The notes: generated from the sequence alone by a model not told the origin. DNA of 64,000 bases from an uncultured Candidatus Saccharibacteria bacterium (GCA_963539845.1 CAUTML010000002.1:31372-95371), one strand, 5' to 3'; numbered from the stretch's first letter, positions 53,807 to 64,000 are shown. Numbers and translations: made by a program.

Positions 53807-56362
53807 TTATAACCCAAACCAGCTTTTGCCGAGTTTAGCGTCAACCGCCAAGTTGATATTTAACTCCGGGCAAATATTAGTCATAATCTCAATCACACCG
53901 GCCTTAATCGCCTCAGCGTCAGCTTCAGCACACTCAATCAGCACGCTGTCATGCACCTGCAAAATCTGATCAGACTCAGGATAATCGTTCAGAAACTCTT
54001 CAATTTTAATCATCGCCAGCTTCATCAAGTCCGCCTCCGTGCCTTGAATCGGCATATTGACGCTGGCCCGTTTTGCAGCCTCACGCACCTGAAAATTGCT
54101 ACTTTTGACATCAGGCGTTGGACGACGCCGACCGAAGTAGGTCTCAACGAATCCCTGTTCTTCGGCTTGTTTGAGCGTGGCATCCATAAAAGCCCGCACT
54201 TTATGCCGTGCCGTAAAATAGCGCTCAATCATCGCCTTGGCCTCAGCGAAGGTCAAGCCTTCGACGGTTTGGGTCAAATTACGCGGTCCAGCCCCATAAA
54301 GCACACTAAAATTAACAATTTTAGCGACACGGCGTTGATCTTTGGTCACCTGCTCGGGCGGAATTTGATAAATCTGAGACGCCATTTCGGTGTGAATATC
54401 ACGATTTGATTTAAAAATCTCAATCATTTCGGTATCGTCCGACAATCCCGCCACCAACCGCAGTTCAAACTGAGCATAATCGACCGACAATAACACCTTA
54501 CCCTCGCCCGCCACGAAGCCTTGACGCAGACGATTGCCCCAATCAGAGCGAATTGGAATATTCTGCAGATTGGGGTTGGTGGATGACAGCCGACCAGTCG
54601 AAGTGACGTTTTGATTAAACGAAGTGTGCAGACGCGACTGAGCGTCGACCATGGTCGGCAAGGGATCAACATAAGTGGTCTTGAGTTTAGTTAATTCGCG
54701 CACATCCTTGATCAAAGGAATAATCGGGTGGGCATCATGAAGCGCGTCAAGAGTTTGGCGATCAGTCGAGAAGCCAGCGGTGCGTTTTTTCAGTCCCGTA
54801 GTCGGGAGAGCTAGCGTTTCAAACAAGACATGCGATAACTGTGCTGGTGAGTTAATATTAAATCGCTCCCCCGCCAACTGATAAATCTGCTCCGTCAACG
54901 CCTCGATTCGCTCGGCTAATTCTCGTCCAAATTCAGCAAAAAACCGCTGATCAATCTCGACCCCACGCTTTTCGGTCAAATATAACACTAGTGCCAGCGG
55001 AAAATCGAGCTGTTTGGCGACTTGAGCTAATTTGGGCAGTTTTGCCCACTGAGGTAGATGGTCGTGATAAAGTTGTTTGAGATGCGGTAATTGGTTGATA
55101 GTTGGAGTAATTTGATGATCACGGGCTAATGGATCCAACAAAAAACTCGCTTGATTTATATCATATATGCTATATTTATCTAGAGGTAATTCCGCCAGCG
55201 ACCGCCAAGTGGAATTGTTTAAATTATGAAGTAATTGCTTAATATCGCTGGAAATTACCGTCTTGGTTTTGAGCCAATGATAAAAATTTTCATCTGTTTT
55301 GGTCAATTCTAAAGCATAAATTGCCTCGGAGTCTAGTCCGCTGATAAAAATTTTTTGATCAATGATTTCGACCAGAATTTTCGGTTGGTCAGTCATTATT
55401 TTAATCAATTCCTCGACATTCGATATATCATCATACGCAATAGCTGGCTGATTATTAAACAAATCAGCTTGTCCACTGGCAGGTCGGTCCACCCCGAGAA
55501 TAGTCGCTAAACGATTTTTCAGCGAACGAAACTCCAGCTGGTCGAGCGCGGTTAGGGCTTTTTCGGGCGTCATTTGGCTAATTTGCCCCTGATTAGGGTC
55601 AAATTTCACCGGCGCTTCCGTCATAATCCGCACAATTTTTTTGCTCAAAAACGCCATCTCACGCCCGGCCTCGAGTTTTTTGGCGAGTGTCGGCTTAATA
55701 TCGGCTAAATGGGTATAGATTTGCTCCAGATTAGCATATTGGGTCAGTAGTTCGACCGCTGTTTTCGGCCCAATACCCGCCACACCAGGGATATTATCAC
55801 TCGAATCACCACGCAGAGCCTTATAATCCACGAATTGGCTCAGTTTTATCTGATATTTAGCTTCAAAATGTGCCTGATCAAACTGTTCAATCTTCGAAAA
55901 ACCGGTTTTAGTGGCAAACACCTTAATACCATCGCCAATCACCTGCAATAAATCCAAATCCCCGGTCACCAACCCGACCTCAAAGCCCTGCTGAGCCGCC
56001 TGCACCGCCAACGCCCCCATGAGATCATCGGCCTCGTAGCCGTCCAGTTCCATCAACGGTACATTTAACGCCTCGAGTAATTGGTGCAAAATCGGAATCT
56101 GAGTGAAAAAATCCTCAGGTGGCGCCTTGCGGGTGGCTTTATAGGCGGGATAAAGGGCCGTGCGCTTGGCGGTAGAGGTGCCTTGTTTATCCCAAGCAAC
56201 GATCACGTGACTTGGTTTTAATTCAGCTAATACCGCCAAAAACATCGACGCAAAGCCATATACCCCGCCAGTTGGGGTGCCGTCCTTAAGACTAAGGCTA
56301 CCCATGGCGTAATATCCCCGATAAAACACGCTTTTGCCGTCAATAATTACCAGTTTTTTCAT
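53807..56362 (-). CDS. polA: DNA polymerase I
   Basis: 851 aa with a 5'-nuclease domain (…DSSDNIPGVAGIGPKTA…) and polymerase motifs A, B and C (…LLSVDYAQFELRL…, …RRVAKIVNFSVLYG…, …LQVHDSVLIE…). Confidence 0.95.
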   Translation of the reverse strand: MKKLVIIDGKSVFYRGYYAMGSLSLKDGTPTGGVYGFASMFLAVLAELKPSHVIVAWDKQGTSTAKRTALYPAYKATRKAPPEDFFTQIPILHQLLEALNVPLMELDGYEADDLMGALAVQAAQQGFEVGLVTGDLDLLQVIGDGIKVFATKTGFSKIEQFDQAHFEAKYQIKLSQFVDYKALRGDSSDNIPGVAGIGPKTAVELLTQYANLEQIYTHLADIKPTLAKKLEAGREMAFLSKKIVRIMTEAPVKFDPNQGQISQMTPEKALTALDQLEFRSLKNRLATILGVDRPASGQADLFNNQPAIAYDDISNVEELIKIMTDQPKILVEIIDQKIFISGLDSEAIYALELTKTDENFYHWLKTKTVISSDIKQLLHNLNNSTWRSLAELPLDKYSIYDINQASFLLDPLARDHQITPTINQLPHLKQLYHDHLPQWAKLPKLAQVAKQLDFPLALVLYLTEKRGVEIDQRFFAEFGRELAERIEALTEQIYQLAGERFNINSPAQLSHVLFETLALPTTGLKKRTAGFSTDRQTLDALHDAHPIIPLIKDVRELTKLKTTYVDPLPTMVDAQSRLHTSFNQNVTSTGRLSSTNPNLQNIPIRSDWGNRLRQGFVAGEGKVLLSVDYAQFELRLVAGLSDDTEMIEIFKSNRDIHTEMASQIYQIPPEQVTKDQRRVAKIVNFSVLYGAGPRNLTQTVEGLTFAEAKAMIERYFTARHKVRAFMDATLKQAEEQGFVETYFGRRRPTPDVKSSNFQVREAAKRASVNMPIQGTEADLMKLAMIKIEEFLNDYPESDQILQVHDSVLIECAEADAEAIKAGVIEIMTNICPELNINLAVDAKLGKSWFGL

Positions 56363-56421
56363 ATTTTTCCTTTATTTTAGCTATATTATATCAAAAATCA
56401 CCCTACGACGAGAGGTTGCGA

Positions 56422-57744
56422 CTACGGTTTTGGTAGTTTAATTTTAAAAATAAAGCGATTTTGGCGGTGTGAAGCTTGATATTTGATGCGATAATTGTTT
56501 AATAAATTGCTAACAATATACAGACCCAGCCCACTACTATTCTCGCGTTGGAGGTCAAATTTTAGCCGTGTGAGGCGTTTTAGGTCGACAGACAGTGGGT
56601 CAGCGCAGGTATTTTCAATACATAGCCACCCCTGTTTGATAGCCAGATTAATCGTGCCACGCTGGTCAGAATATTTAACGGCGTTGCTAATTAGATTCGA
56701 CAAAATGATTTTTAAAGCCGTTTTGCCGATTAAAATTTGCTCATCGGTCACAGAATTGCTGATGGTCAGTTGTTTTTGAGCTATTAGAACCTGGTATTTT
56801 TTGATAACCTCTGTTAAGACAGCGTTAATTGGCACTAATTCCTCGTCGTTTTTGAGGTTATCTAGCGACGAAACCGACAGAATTTGCGAAATATTTTGGT
56901 TTAAACCATCGACAATCTCAATACAATCACCAATGTACAGATCGCGGTTTTTATATTTGCCGACCCGATATTTCATATTTTCTAAAATAATTTTCAGGCT
57001 AGCTAGCGGGGTTTTAAGCTCGTGAGAGGCGCCTTTGAGAAAATCATACTTCAGCTTCTCCAAACGCAAAATTGCCTGGTTTTTACGCTCTAAATCGTCA
57101 ATCGATCGCAATAAAGTCGTGTATAGATCGTTAATTTGGGCTTTTAACTGCCCAATTTCGTCGTTTGAAGTGATATTGAGGCGCGCCTGGGTATCGAGCG
57201 TCATCATTCGGTCGGTGACGTTTTTGATTTCTTGGATATGATTTTTGATAACCTGAGCGTAAATCAGCGACACCACCACCGATGCCAGTAGTGAAAGTAG
57301 TAACGAATACGGCAAAAACTTAAAACTTAGGTTTTTGGCGTCTTTTTGCATGTCAGCGGTCGAAACAAACTGCAAAAAGACCTTTTGCTGGGTATTGATA
57401 GTGATTTCGCGCTCCTCAATGATTAAAGAGTTATTATTGCTGTTTAAATCAACTTGCGGGTTGTTTTTGATCTGGATTTCATTGGCGGTGTTACGACCTT
57501 TAACAAAGGCCTTGATTTCGCCGGATTTGGAGTAAAAATCGAGTGCCTGCTCAATATAAGTCAGGTCTTTGCCTTGCATATTGCGGGCGATGTCGTTAGC
57601 TTTGTGGTAGATTTCGGCTTTGCGGGTCTCGAGGTAGGTTTGCGGAAACACCACAAATACCGCACCGTGGACCAGCAGACTGATCAGCCCCAGCACCGCA
57701 AAAATTTGCAAAAACATTTTAGGAAAAATCTTGAGGTTTTTCAT
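56422..57744 (-). CDS. Sensor histidine kinase (two TM helices, extracytoplasmic loop, HisKA + HATPase_c)
   Basis: H-box SHELKTPLASL, N-box LISNAVKYS and G-box SSGLGLYIV. It overlaps the response regulator gene by 4 nt. Size and position resemble VncS. Confidence 0.85.
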   Translation of the reverse strand: MKNLKIFPKMFLQIFAVLGLISLLVHGAVFVVFPQTYLETRKAEIYHKANDIARNMQGKDLTYIEQALDFYSKSGEIKAFVKGRNTANEIQIKNNPQVDLNSNNNSLIIEEREITINTQQKVFLQFVSTADMQKDAKNLSFKFLPYSLLLSLLASVVVSLIYAQVIKNHIQEIKNVTDRMMTLDTQARLNITSNDEIGQLKAQINDLYTTLLRSIDDLERKNQAILRLEKLKYDFLKGASHELKTPLASLKIILENMKYRVGKYKNRDLYIGDCIEIVDGLNQNISQILSVSSLDNLKNDEELVPINAVLTEVIKKYQVLIAQKQLTISNSVTDEQILIGKTALKIILSNLISNAVKYSDQRGTINLAIKQGWLCIENTCADPLSVDLKRLTRLKFDLQRENSSGLGLYIVSNLLNNYRIKYQASHRQNRFIFKIKLPKP

Positions 57745-58394
57745 GGGCGCTCCAGTTTATAGCCAACATTACGGATAGTGATAATGCAGTCCAGTTCGAG
57801 TTTTTTACGCAGTTCTTTGATATAAACATCAATCACCCGATCAAAAGGAATTTCTTCGGTTTCTTTCCAAACATTATCGATGATTTGAGCGCGAGTCAGG
57901 GCTTGGCCTTCGTTAGCCAGTAGATATTTTAAAATTTCCAGTTCTTTGGCGTTGATATCAATATGCTGACCATTAACCGTAGCGGTGTAACTAGTGAAAT
58001 TAACCGCCGTATTTTTGTAATCAAACCGCTCAATTTCGCCAAAATGCTTTTTAATCAAAGAATCAATCCGCACTTTTAGCACTGGTAGCGAAAACGGCTT
58101 CTCGATATAACCATCAGCTAAATTAGAAAAAGCGTCAATCTTATACTCCTCATCGCTAAACGCCGTCAGCATCAAAATCGGCAAACTACTGGTCTGGCGA
58201 ATGGTTTTAAGCACTTCTAGCCCGCTAACAAACGGAATTTGAATATCTAGCACCACTAAATTAACCTTGTGATTAAACTTAGCCAGGGCTTCCCGACCGT
58301 CTTGAGCTTCCACTACTGTATAGCCCGATTCGGACAAATACTCGCTAATACCTTCGCGAATGTTAGGATCGTCTTCAACAACTAATATTTTCAT
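57741..58394 (-). CDS. OmpR/PhoB-family response regulator
   Basis: MKILVVEDDPNIREGI…LDIQIPFVSGLEVL receiver domain plus a winged-helix output domain (…IRNVGYKLE). Confidence 0.9.
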   Translation of the reverse strand: MKILVVEDDPNIREGISEYLSESGYTVVEAQDGREALAKFNHKVNLVVLDIQIPFVSGLEVLKTIRQTSSLPILMLTAFSDEEYKIDAFSNLADGYIEKPFSLPVLKVRIDSLIKKHFGEIERFDYKNTAVNFTSYTATVNGQHIDINAKELEILKYLLANEGQALTRAQIIDNVWKETEEIPFDRVIDVYIKELRKKLELDCIITIRNVGYKLERP

Positions 58395-58440
58395 AACTTT
58401 TTGACTTAATATCTTTATTATAGCTTATTTAAGGCTTGAT

Positions 58441-58474
58441 ATAAAATTATCGGCGCGACTAGGCACCGATAATT
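58441..58474 (-). terminator. Hairpin terminator between the ABC genes and the two-component genes
   Basis: Minus strand: ATTATCGGTGC-ctagtc-GCGCCGATAAT followed by TTTAT. Confidence 0.5.
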
Positions 58475-58496
58475 TAAAGTTTAGACCACTAGGGGT

Positions 58497-59873
58497 TTAT
58501 TTAGTGTCGATTAGCAATTCTTTTGGATTTTTCTTAAGAATACCTGAGGTTGAGATCGCTAGCGCAATCAGCAACACAATCGACATAAAGATCACCACAT
58601 ACAACATCGATTCAGGCACGATATTGATATCAAGGCTGGTTAGGGCTTTGTTAAAGCCATCAACCTCTGCCCCACCACCAAGTTGGCTCGAAGCGGACTG
58701 TTTAGCGACCCGTTTAGCGATATCGCCAGTGACTTTATTTAAGATGCTGTTACCCATCATTTTACCTAGATAATCAGCTGCGAAGTAAGCGCCGATAAAG
58801 GCTGGAATCGAGATAAATAACAGCTCGAAGACAAATTGTCCGAAAATGCGCGATTTTGACATACCGATTGATAATAGGACAGCAATTTCTTTTTTGCGGG
58901 CGTTCATCCATAGGAACAGTAGCAATGATACCACCACCCCGGCGAAGATTAATGAACCGATAAATAGCTTGTTAGCGATAGAGTAAACGCCTGAGATTGA
59001 TTGTTGCAAAGCTGGGTAGTTCGATGAGCTTTTGATTAAGCTATACTGACGCCAGTTGATGTCCAATTTACCGAGGTCTTTCATGACTTGGTCGAGTTTT
59101 TTGTTACCTTTGACGAAGAAAGTAGCGTCTTGGTAGGTAGCGGTATGTTCGGTGTTGCCATAAACTTTAGCCGCGGTGTCAATGTCGGTAATCAAAGTGT
59201 TTTCATACAATTCTTGAGCGGCACTAACTCCCCCAGTGTTATGACCGTCAAACAAGCCTTTGATTTCGACTTCAACGGTTTCGTTGGCGCCTTTTTCGTT
59301 ATCAGCGTCAAACAGGTTTGATTTTACTTTGAGTTTGTCACCGATTTTTAGGTTGTTCTTTTTAGCTAAATCTTTGTGCATCAAGATTTTGTGCTTGTCT
59401 TGGCTGGTTAAATGTGAACCTTCGACTAATTTATAGGCGCCAGAGACGAATTTAGTCTCTTTTGACGAGTCATTGACGCCGGTCAGCATCACAGTCCGGC
59501 CAAAGTTTTTAGCGCGTTCTGGCGAGCGCATCGAGAGGGTTTGTTTGGTCTCGATAATGTCGTGACCCATCAGGTCAGCCACACTATTGATACGTTTGAC
59601 ATAGCCATCAATGTCTTTAGAATCGGAGATTTTTTTAATATCCTGACCTTTGACATTACCACCACCACGCGGTGTGCCAGGGTTAACTTGGCGATTAATC
59701 TCCATTGAGAAGCTATTGGTAATGGTGCCAAAAGTCTCCTCCGACGCCTTGTCAGTCGCCCGGCTAATCGACAAACCAATCAAGCTCAGGGTCGACATCG
59801 CCAAAATCACCAGGAGGATTACCAGCGATTTGAGGCTTTTTCGCGTCACATAAGCAAAAGCATTTTTTAACAT
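58497..59873 (-). CDS. FtsX/MacB-type ABC transporter permease (Vex3-like position)
   Basis: 458 aa with an N-terminal TM helix, a large extracytoplasmic domain and a C-terminal FtsX 3-TM bundle. Confidence 0.85.
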   Translation of the reverse strand: MLKNAFAYVTRKSLKSLVILLVILAMSTLSLIGLSISRATDKASEETFGTITNSFSMEINRQVNPGTPRGGGNVKGQDIKKISDSKDIDGYVKRINSVADLMGHDIIETKQTLSMRSPERAKNFGRTVMLTGVNDSSKETKFVSGAYKLVEGSHLTSQDKHKILMHKDLAKKNNLKIGDKLKVKSNLFDADNEKGANETVEVEIKGLFDGHNTGGVSAAQELYENTLITDIDTAAKVYGNTEHTATYQDATFFVKGNKKLDQVMKDLGKLDINWRQYSLIKSSSNYPALQQSISGVYSIANKLFIGSLIFAGVVVSLLLFLWMNARKKEIAVLLSIGMSKSRIFGQFVFELLFISIPAFIGAYFAADYLGKMMGNSILNKVTGDIAKRVAKQSASSQLGGGAEVDGFNKALTSLDINIVPESMLYVVIFMSIVLLIALAISTSGILKKNPKELLIDTK

Positions 59874-59894
59874 CGTTTTTCTCCTATATTTTGT

Positions 59895-60533
59895 TTATAA
59901 TTTAACTTTTTTAAGTTTTTTGTTGCCAAGTTCCAGCACTACGTCAGCCGCTTTAGCGACTTTTTTGCTGTGCGTCACCACAATCACGCATTTGTTGCGC
60001 TCGCGAGCTAATTTTTTCAAAATTTCGATGATTTCGCTGGCGGTATGACTATCGAGGTTACCAGTTGGCTCGTCGGCTAGAATTACCGGCGCTTCCGACA
60101 CTAGGGCGCGGGCGATCGCCACCCGTTGTTGCTGTCCACCCGATAACTTCATCACATTGCGCTTGATTTGTTTTTGACTAAGACCGAGTTCTAACAAAAT
60201 CGTCTCCGGTGCTTCGCGGTTGACCAAGCGAATATTTTCGAGCGGTGATAAATAATCAATTAGATTATAGTTTTGAAACACTAGCGAAATGTTGTTCTTG
60301 CGGTGATGGGAATAACCCTGTTCTTCGATATCTTCATTTTGGAAGAGGATTTGACCACGTTTGGGGGTGTCGAGTCCAGCTAGCAACGACAACAAGGTTG
60401 ATTTGCCGGCGCCCGATTTACCAATGATGGCATAAAATTTACCAAGCTGGAATTTTTGCCCAACTGATGATAAAACTTCTTCTTTTGAGCCTGAGTAACG
60501 ATACGTTACATTTTTAATTTCTAATACGTCCAT
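59895..60533 (-). CDS. ABC transporter ATP-binding protein (MacB/LolD-like; Vex2-like position)
   Basis: Walker [10 protein letters not shown], signature [14 protein letters not shown] and Walker [12 protein letters not shown]. Confidence 0.9.
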   Translation of the reverse strand: MDVLEIKNVTYRYSGSKEEVLSSVGQKFQLGKFYAIIGKSGAGKSTLLSLLAGLDTPKRGQILFQNEDIEEQGYSHHRKNNISLVFQNYNLIDYLSPLENIRLVNREAPETILLELGLSQKQIKRNVMKLSGGQQQRVAIARALVSEAPVILADEPTGNLDSHTASEIIEILKKLARERNKCVIVVTHSKKVAKAADVVLELGNKKLKKVKL

Positions 60534-60543
60534 TATTATTCTC

Positions 60544-61821
60544 CTAACTAATTTGTGATAATATTTTTTTCGGTTTTTTAATTAAAATCATGATTGATGA
60601 CAGCACCACCGAGATGATAATAATACTGATTAAAATGCCATAACTCTGAGCAAAAGTCAGTAAACTATTACCACCGCTGTCGCTACTTAACAGATTATTA
60701 GCCAAGGTGCCGGTTTCATCAGCACTAACAAAACCACTGACGATTTGGCTTAAGAGCAAATTACCAAACACCAAGGATACCACGGTCGCTGGTAATGAGA
60801 TAAAGATTAGCTCTAAAATGAACTGGCTGACGATTTTGACTTTGCTAAAGCCAATTGACAGCAAAATACCGATTTCGTAGACCCGTTCACGTAGCCAGAG
60901 CATCAGAATTAGCGACAAAACAATCACTCCCCCCGCCATAATCGCATAAGTCATAATGTTGATAATGTACTTGACGCCACCGAGCGATTCAATGGCTTCC
61001 TTAAAGGCGTTATCATCTTTAGCGACATCGTAGCTGGTCCAGTCGATTGACAGTTGTTGAACTTGTTTGAGTGCTTCGTCAAGCTGTTCTGGGCTACTGG
61101 TGAATAAATTGAGTTTATTGGCGATTTGATTAGTTTCCTTTAGCCCCAAAGCCGTTTGGCTCGACTGATAATCGACAAACATGCTATTTTCGCTGAAATC
61201 CGACGACAAGCCGGTGTATTTTTCCTGTTTTTTGCCAGAGAAAATACCAACGATTTCAAATTGATGTGCAGGGCGGGTGCCAGAATTGTCAATTTTTGTC
61301 AATTCCAGGCTGATTTTATCGTGTAATTTGAGGTTGTTTTTCTTGGCAAAATCCTCATGCACCATAATCTTATTGCGGTCGTTTTTGTCGATACCTCGAC
61401 CTTGCTTAATCGTAAACACTCCGCTACTAAATAAGACATTCTTCTTAATGTTATTGATCGCTTCGACCGACACGAGATTTTTAAATTCATTCGGCACGTC
61501 GTCACGCTGAATTCGTTGTTCGCCGGTAACAACCTTAGCGTTAGTCAGTTTAGCCGTGCCGTTATATTGAGCCACGATATCTTGGATTTGTTTAATCTGG
61601 CGGATATCTTTGAACTGATTAACAGCAAAGTAGCCACTGGCTTTTTTAGTGATCGACAGCGATGAGTTAGAGGTTTTATAGAGAGTTTTCTCTAAATTAT
61701 TACTCGATTTCATAATACTCAAACACGCGTACAAACACGACAGCACTAAGGTTAAAATGACTAAAACTATCAATGTGCGATTCTTTTTTCTTGAAACATA
61801 TGCCAAAGCGTTTTTAATCAC
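60544..61821 (-). CDS. FtsX/MacB-type ABC transporter permease (Vex1-like position)
   Basis: 425 aa with the same architecture as 58497-59873. GTG start preceded by SD AAAGGAGTG. Confidence 0.85.
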   Translation of the reverse strand: MIKNALAYVSRKKNRTLIVLVILTLVLSCLYACLSIMKSSNNLEKTLYKTSNSSLSITKKASGYFAVNQFKDIRQIKQIQDIVAQYNGTAKLTNAKVVTGEQRIQRDDVPNEFKNLVSVEAINNIKKNVLFSSGVFTIKQGRGIDKNDRNKIMVHEDFAKKNNLKLHDKISLELTKIDNSGTRPAHQFEIVGIFSGKKQEKYTGLSSDFSENSMFVDYQSSQTALGLKETNQIANKLNLFTSSPEQLDEALKQVQQLSIDWTSYDVAKDDNAFKEAIESLGGVKYIINIMTYAIMAGGVIVLSLILMLWLRERVYEIGILLSIGFSKVKIVSQFILELIFISLPATVVSLVFGNLLLSQIVSGFVSADETGTLANNLLSSDSGGNSLLTFAQSYGILISIIIISVVLSSIMILIKKPKKILSQIS

Positions 61822-61987
61822 TGGTGATTCACTCCTTTCTAATTTCTAGCCCAAACTCAAGACACAAGACATTTACGCTAGACGCCCTTAATTTTAATTA
61901 ACATTCCGAACAGCCTTAGTTTACATCCCAAATAAGCTTGTTCATAATGTAGTTTACAAGCCATTTATGAAATAAATATGAAATTAA

Positions 61988-62014
61988 ATAAAAAGCACCC
62001 AAACGAGTGCTTAA
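61988..62014 (-). terminator. Weak hairpin terminator after the 140-aa gene
   Basis: Minus strand: AAGCAC-tcgtttgg-GTGCTT followed by TTTATTT. Confidence 0.4.
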
Positions 62015-62039
62015 ATAGCCAAGAGATGATGTATTTTAG

Positions 62040-62462
62040 CTATTTTCTATAAAAAATCACGTTACTAAATGCCACGTCTTGGGCATTACTTGGGCTATAA
62101 AATACCACCCGATAATTACCAGGTTGATTGCATCCCCAAAACAAAGCGATGTCTTTGCCATCGCTGTCATGCTCACACAGGTGTTGTGTGCTTATACTTT
62201 GCCATCTGCCCCAAAAATCACGTCTTTGGAGCTTCGCTATAAAAGTGCCATAATCATCCGATTTAGCGGTCATGCTTAAAAATATCCTACCGCGAAAAAC
62301 ATTAGCTGCAGACGGTAAATAAGCTTCAATAGCGACAAAATTATTCTTTTTTCGATCTTGTTCCCAGATAAAGTAACTCTTATTTGGTGGTCGAGATACG
62401 ATTCCCACACGCATCGCCACCACTACTAGAAAAATTATTAGTATTGTCGTTTTATTCTTCAT
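62040..62462 (-). CDS. Small exported or membrane-anchored hypothetical protein (140 aa)
   Basis: ATG 62462 is preceded by AGGAGGGG. N-terminus MKNKTTILIIFLVVVAMRVGIV. I recognise no family. Confidence 0.55.
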   Translation of the reverse strand: MKNKTTILIIFLVVVAMRVGIVSRPPNKSYFIWEQDRKKNNFVAIEAYLPSAANVFRGRIFLSMTAKSDDYGTFIAKLQRRDFWGRWQSISTQHLCEHDSDGKDIALFWGCNQPGNYRVVFYSPSNAQDVAFSNVIFYRK

Positions 62463-62565
62463 AGCCCCTCCTATCGTTGTCAAACATCATCTCTTGTTAA
62501 AGTACTTCTGATCGTTTAAAAATCAGATTTACCTTAACTATTTTAACACATTTTTGAGTTTTTGG

Positions 62566-63600
62566 CTAGTTTAAATACTCGTGAAGCTTTTTGGAGTCTT
62601 TGTGTTTGCGCAATTTAGCTAGCGCTTTGGCCTCAATTTGGCGAATACGCTCTCGAGTCACATCAAATTCTTGACCGACTTCTTCCAGGGTTCGACTTTT
62701 ACCATTACCTAGTCCAAAACGCATTTGAATAATCTTTCGTTCGCGCTCTGACAAGCTGCCAAGAACTTCATTGATTTGCTCTTTTAGTAGTTGTGTTGAA
62801 GCTACATCCTCAGGCGAATCATTATCATCGTCACTGATAAAATCCCCCAAAACCGAGTCTTCATCGTCACCGTCGCGCCCAATTGAAGCGTCAAGCGAGC
62901 TAATATCTTGTTTAATTTTCATGATATATTCGACTTTGTCAACTTCCATATCCATTTCTTTAGCCAATTCCTCGAGACTCGGCTCGCGGTTTAATTGTTG
63001 GGTCAAACGACGTTGAGTGCGTAGTAATTTGTTAATGGTTTCCACCATATGCACCGGAATGCGAATCGTCCGCGCCTGATCAGCGATAGCCCGAGTAATT
63101 GCCTGGCGAATCCACCAAGTCGCATAAGTCGAAAATTTGAAGCCTTTATTGGGGTCAAATTTATCGACCGCTCGCAACAAACCCGTATTGCCTTCTTGAA
63201 TTAAATCCAAAAAATCCAGACCTCGCCCCGAGTAGCGTTTAGCAATCGACACCACCAGACGCATGTTGGCTTCAGCCATTTTGTCTTTGGCTTTTTGCGA
63301 ACCTTCCAGGATTTGGTAAGCGAGTTTAGTTTCTTCCTCAATTGACAACAGCGGAATTTTGCCGATTTCGTGCAGGTATAATTTAACCGAATCGTCAGCA
63401 ATTTCGTCAATCAAATTAGTGTTGGCAAAAAAATCAAACTCATCAACTAAATCTTCGTCATTTTCCAGTTCATCAAGGCTTGGTTCGTCATAATCTGAGC
63501 CATCACTGGCTTCTTTAATCAATTCATTGATATCTTCGGGCTGAATGGCTTTTTTGTCTTTTTTGCTTGGTTTGGGGTTTTTGTCTAGAGGTGTTGGCAT
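62566..63600 (-). CDS. rpoD: Primary RNA polymerase sigma factor (sigma-70)
   Basis: Acidic N-terminus and regions 1.2-4.2 (…[11 protein letters not shown]…, …[18 protein letters not shown]…[15 protein letters not shown]…, …[24 protein letters not shown]…). Confidence 0.95.
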   Translation of the reverse strand: MPTPLDKNPKPSKKDKKAIQPEDINELIKEASDGSDYDEPSLDELENDEDLVDEFDFFANTNLIDEIADDSVKLYLHEIGKIPLLSIEEETKLAYQILEGSQKAKDKMAEANMRLVVSIAKRYSGRGLDFLDLIQEGNTGLLRAVDKFDPNKGFKFSTYATWWIRQAITRAIADQARTIRIPVHMVETINKLLRTQRRLTQQLNREPSLEELAKEMDMEVDKVEYIMKIKQDISSLDASIGRDGDDEDSVLGDFISDDDNDSPEDVASTQLLKEQINEVLGSLSERERKIIQMRFGLGNGKSRTLEEVGQEFDVTRERIRQIEAKALAKLRKHKDSKKLHEYLN

Positions 63601-64000
63601 TACTTCTTGTCTCCTTTAATCAATTGATTTAACTCGGCGCGAATGGCGGTGGCACGGTTCTCGTCGCCATCGTATTCCGCTTGCCTTAACTGATCAGTTA
63701 ATTGTTCGGTCAGGTTTTTTTGGAAGTCGGCTTTTGACTGATTAACCAATCGGCGCGCTTCTCGTTCCACTTCGGTTTTTGACCACAATAAATAACGCTC
63801 TTCAGTTTTTAATGTCAACACTTTACCATAAATCGTTAAATCTTGCAATCCACCAAGTTGATCTTTAGTAAAATCATCACCCGCCTGGATTAACAACTCC
63901 ATTAGCTGTTGGCGCGGTTTATCTTTAAAATCAACCATAGCACGCACATCGAGCGTCGCTAACACTTGGCGAGCCTCCTTCGAAATCAAGCACATCGCCA
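63600..64000 (-). CDS. dnaG: Probable C-terminal part of DNA primase (partial; N-terminus beyond the window)
   Basis: The ORF is open to the window end and its stop overlaps the rpoD start, matching the conserved dnaG-rpoD order. The helical, charged C-terminus is compatible with a DnaB-binding domain. No catalytic motifs are inside the window. Confidence 0.5.
   Translation of the reverse strand, partial: AMCLISKEARQVLATLDVRAMVDFKDKPRQQLMELLIQAGDDFTKDQLGGLQDLTIYGKVLTLKTEERYLLWSKTEVEREARRLVNQSKADFQKNLTEQLTDQLRQAEYDGDENRATAIRAELNQLIKGDKK

Overview
The window is 64 kb of a compact, gene-dense bacterial chromosome with about 55 CDS, almost all on the minus strand. I found no rRNA, tRNA, CRISPR array, transposase, integrase or prophage genes. 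The gene content points to a reduced-genome, monoderm-type organism, most plausibly a Patescibacteria/CPR (Saccharibacteria-like) episymbiont. That assignment is an inference from a secretin-less type IV pilus locus, FemAB-type peptidoglycan bridging, a class III anaerobic RNR and very large surface proteins.

Recognisable core genes:
- A complete type IV pilus operon at 1-9.8 kb: pilM/N/O, pilB, pilT, pilC, pilA, pilD and pilin-like genes.
- ychF, tlyA and an ABC-2 exporter.
- rpsF-ssb-rpsR-efp, ftsK and a femAB-like gene.
- nrdDG, pnp, rpsO and pgi.
- A murD2/murL-like pair.
- truB, rpsT, holA and mutM.
- glmS preceded by a clear glmS ribozyme.
- polA, and the end of dnaG followed by rpoD.

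Accessory or unusual content:
1. 31.2-40.5 kb holds consecutive, separately promoted and terminated giant or secreted envelope proteins with no family signature I can recognise. These are a 1257-aa polytopic protein with a possible C-terminal cell-wall-hydrolase-like domain, a 1058-aa secreted protein with a Cys-rich knot and a beta-helix-like tail, and a 368-aa protein with a copper-amine-oxidase-N-like domain. This is my best candidate for an undescribed cell-surface or host-contact system.
2. A 1624-aa BspA/DUF285-LRR plus cadherin-like adhesin contains near-identical intragenic DNA duplications.
3. A strongly promoted gene for a secreted Pro-rich protein is inserted on the opposite strand between rpsO and pnp.
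4. A pilin-domain paralogue lacks a prepilin signal.
5. A permease-ATPase-permease plus response regulator/histidine kinase module has the architecture of pneumococcal Vex123-VncRS.
6. A recurrent -10 box-N6-8-ATG arrangement implies leaderless mRNAs for at least six transcription units.

All calls come from reading the sequence and translations by eye. No database search or computation was run.
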